Source of the DNA: Chiloscyllium plagiosum
Lineage: Eukaryota
DNA: 20,000 nt
Direction of reading: 5' to 3'
NCBI RefSeq assembly: GCF_004010195.1
Contig: NC_057719.1
Coordinates: forward strand, 60,280,033-60,300,032
Shown: piece after piece, positions 19,351 through 20,000 of the stretch
How positions within the stretch are numbered: the stretch's first letter is position 1
How the letters are laid out: every line of letters begins with the position of its first letter
Notes under the pieces: model-generated
The model's database searches: none
What the model saw: the letters and a program-made list of their open reading frames with translations, nothing else
What the model was told of the DNA's origin: nothing
Program-made: the position numbers and the translations under genes

Positions 19351-20000
19351 AAATTAAACTGCATTTATTTCAATGCAAGGGGCCTAACAGGGAAGACAGA
19401 TGAACTCAGGGCATGGTTAGGAACATTGGACTGGGATATCATAGCAATTACAGAAACATAGCTCAGGGATAGGCAGGACTGGCAGCTAAATGTTCCTGGA
19501 TACAAATGCTACAGGAAGGACAGAAAGGGAGGCAAGAGAGGAGGGGGAGTGGCATTTTTGTTAAGGGATAGCATTACAGCTGTGTTGAGGGAGGATATTC
19601 CCAAAAATACATCCAGAGAAGTTATTTGGGTGGAACTGAGAAATAAGAAAGGGATGATCACCTTATTGGGATTGTATTATAGACCCCCCCAATAGTTGGA
19701 GGGAAATTGAGAAACAAACTTGTAAGGAGATCTCAGCGATCTGTAAGAATAATAGGGTGGTTATGGTCGGGGATTTTTAACTTTCCAAACATAGACTGGC
19801 ACTGCCATAGTGTTAAGGGTTTAGATGGAGAGAAATTTGTTAAATGTGTACAAGAAAATTTTCTGATTCAGTATGTGGATGTACCTAACAGAGAAGGTGC
19901 AAAACTTGACCTACTCTTGGGAAATAAGGCAGGGCAGGTGACTGAGGTGTCAGTGGGGGAGCACTTTGGGGCCAGCAACCACAATTCTATTAGATTTAAA
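19351..20000 (+). pseudogene. CR1 ORF2p AP-endonuclease domain remnant
   Basis: KLNCIYFNARGL...DIIAITET*L...YRKDRKGGKRGGGVA...LYYRPP...MVGDF(n)FPNIDW...LDLLLGN...ASNHN. It has an in-frame stop, frameshifts, and SDH changed to SNH. Confidence 0.93.

Larger units (their letters stand above)
18214..20000 (+). mobile_element. CR1/HER1-type LINE, 5' part (partial 5'UTR, ORF1, start of ORF2), continues beyond window
   Basis: Ordered ORF1 and ORF2 motifs, described in the next two features. The 5' boundary is approximate. Confidence 0.93.

Overview
This is AT-rich vertebrate non-coding DNA, almost certainly from a shark or other elasmobranch (an HE1-type V-SINE, HER1/CR1 LINEs and shark-type tRNA SINEs; the bamboo/carpet shark lineage is my guess). 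It contains one 269-N assembly gap. I recognise no host protein-coding gene. Most ORF-track entries are chance ORFs or LINE remnants. The left half is repeat-poor and has two possible enhancer-like blocks. The right half is a patchwork of CR1-clade LINE fragments, including the 5' part of a CR1 with ORF1 (Zn finger, leucine zipper, SGNH esterase) and ORF2 (AP endonuclease). The most notable structure is a set of five Penelope-like element (PLE) derived insertions carrying minimal type I hammerhead ribozyme motifs. Two motifs have intact cores: one lies in an 86-bp insert with an 11-bp target-site duplication, the other sits just beyond a perfect 155-bp inverted repeat encoding the end of a GIY-YIG domain. 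An unidentified candidate terminal exon lies on the minus strand at 10309-10490. PLE hammerheads are a known class, so I cannot claim a new system from sequence alone. All family assignments come from recalled consensus motifs, not from database searches, and boundaries of old repeats are approximate.
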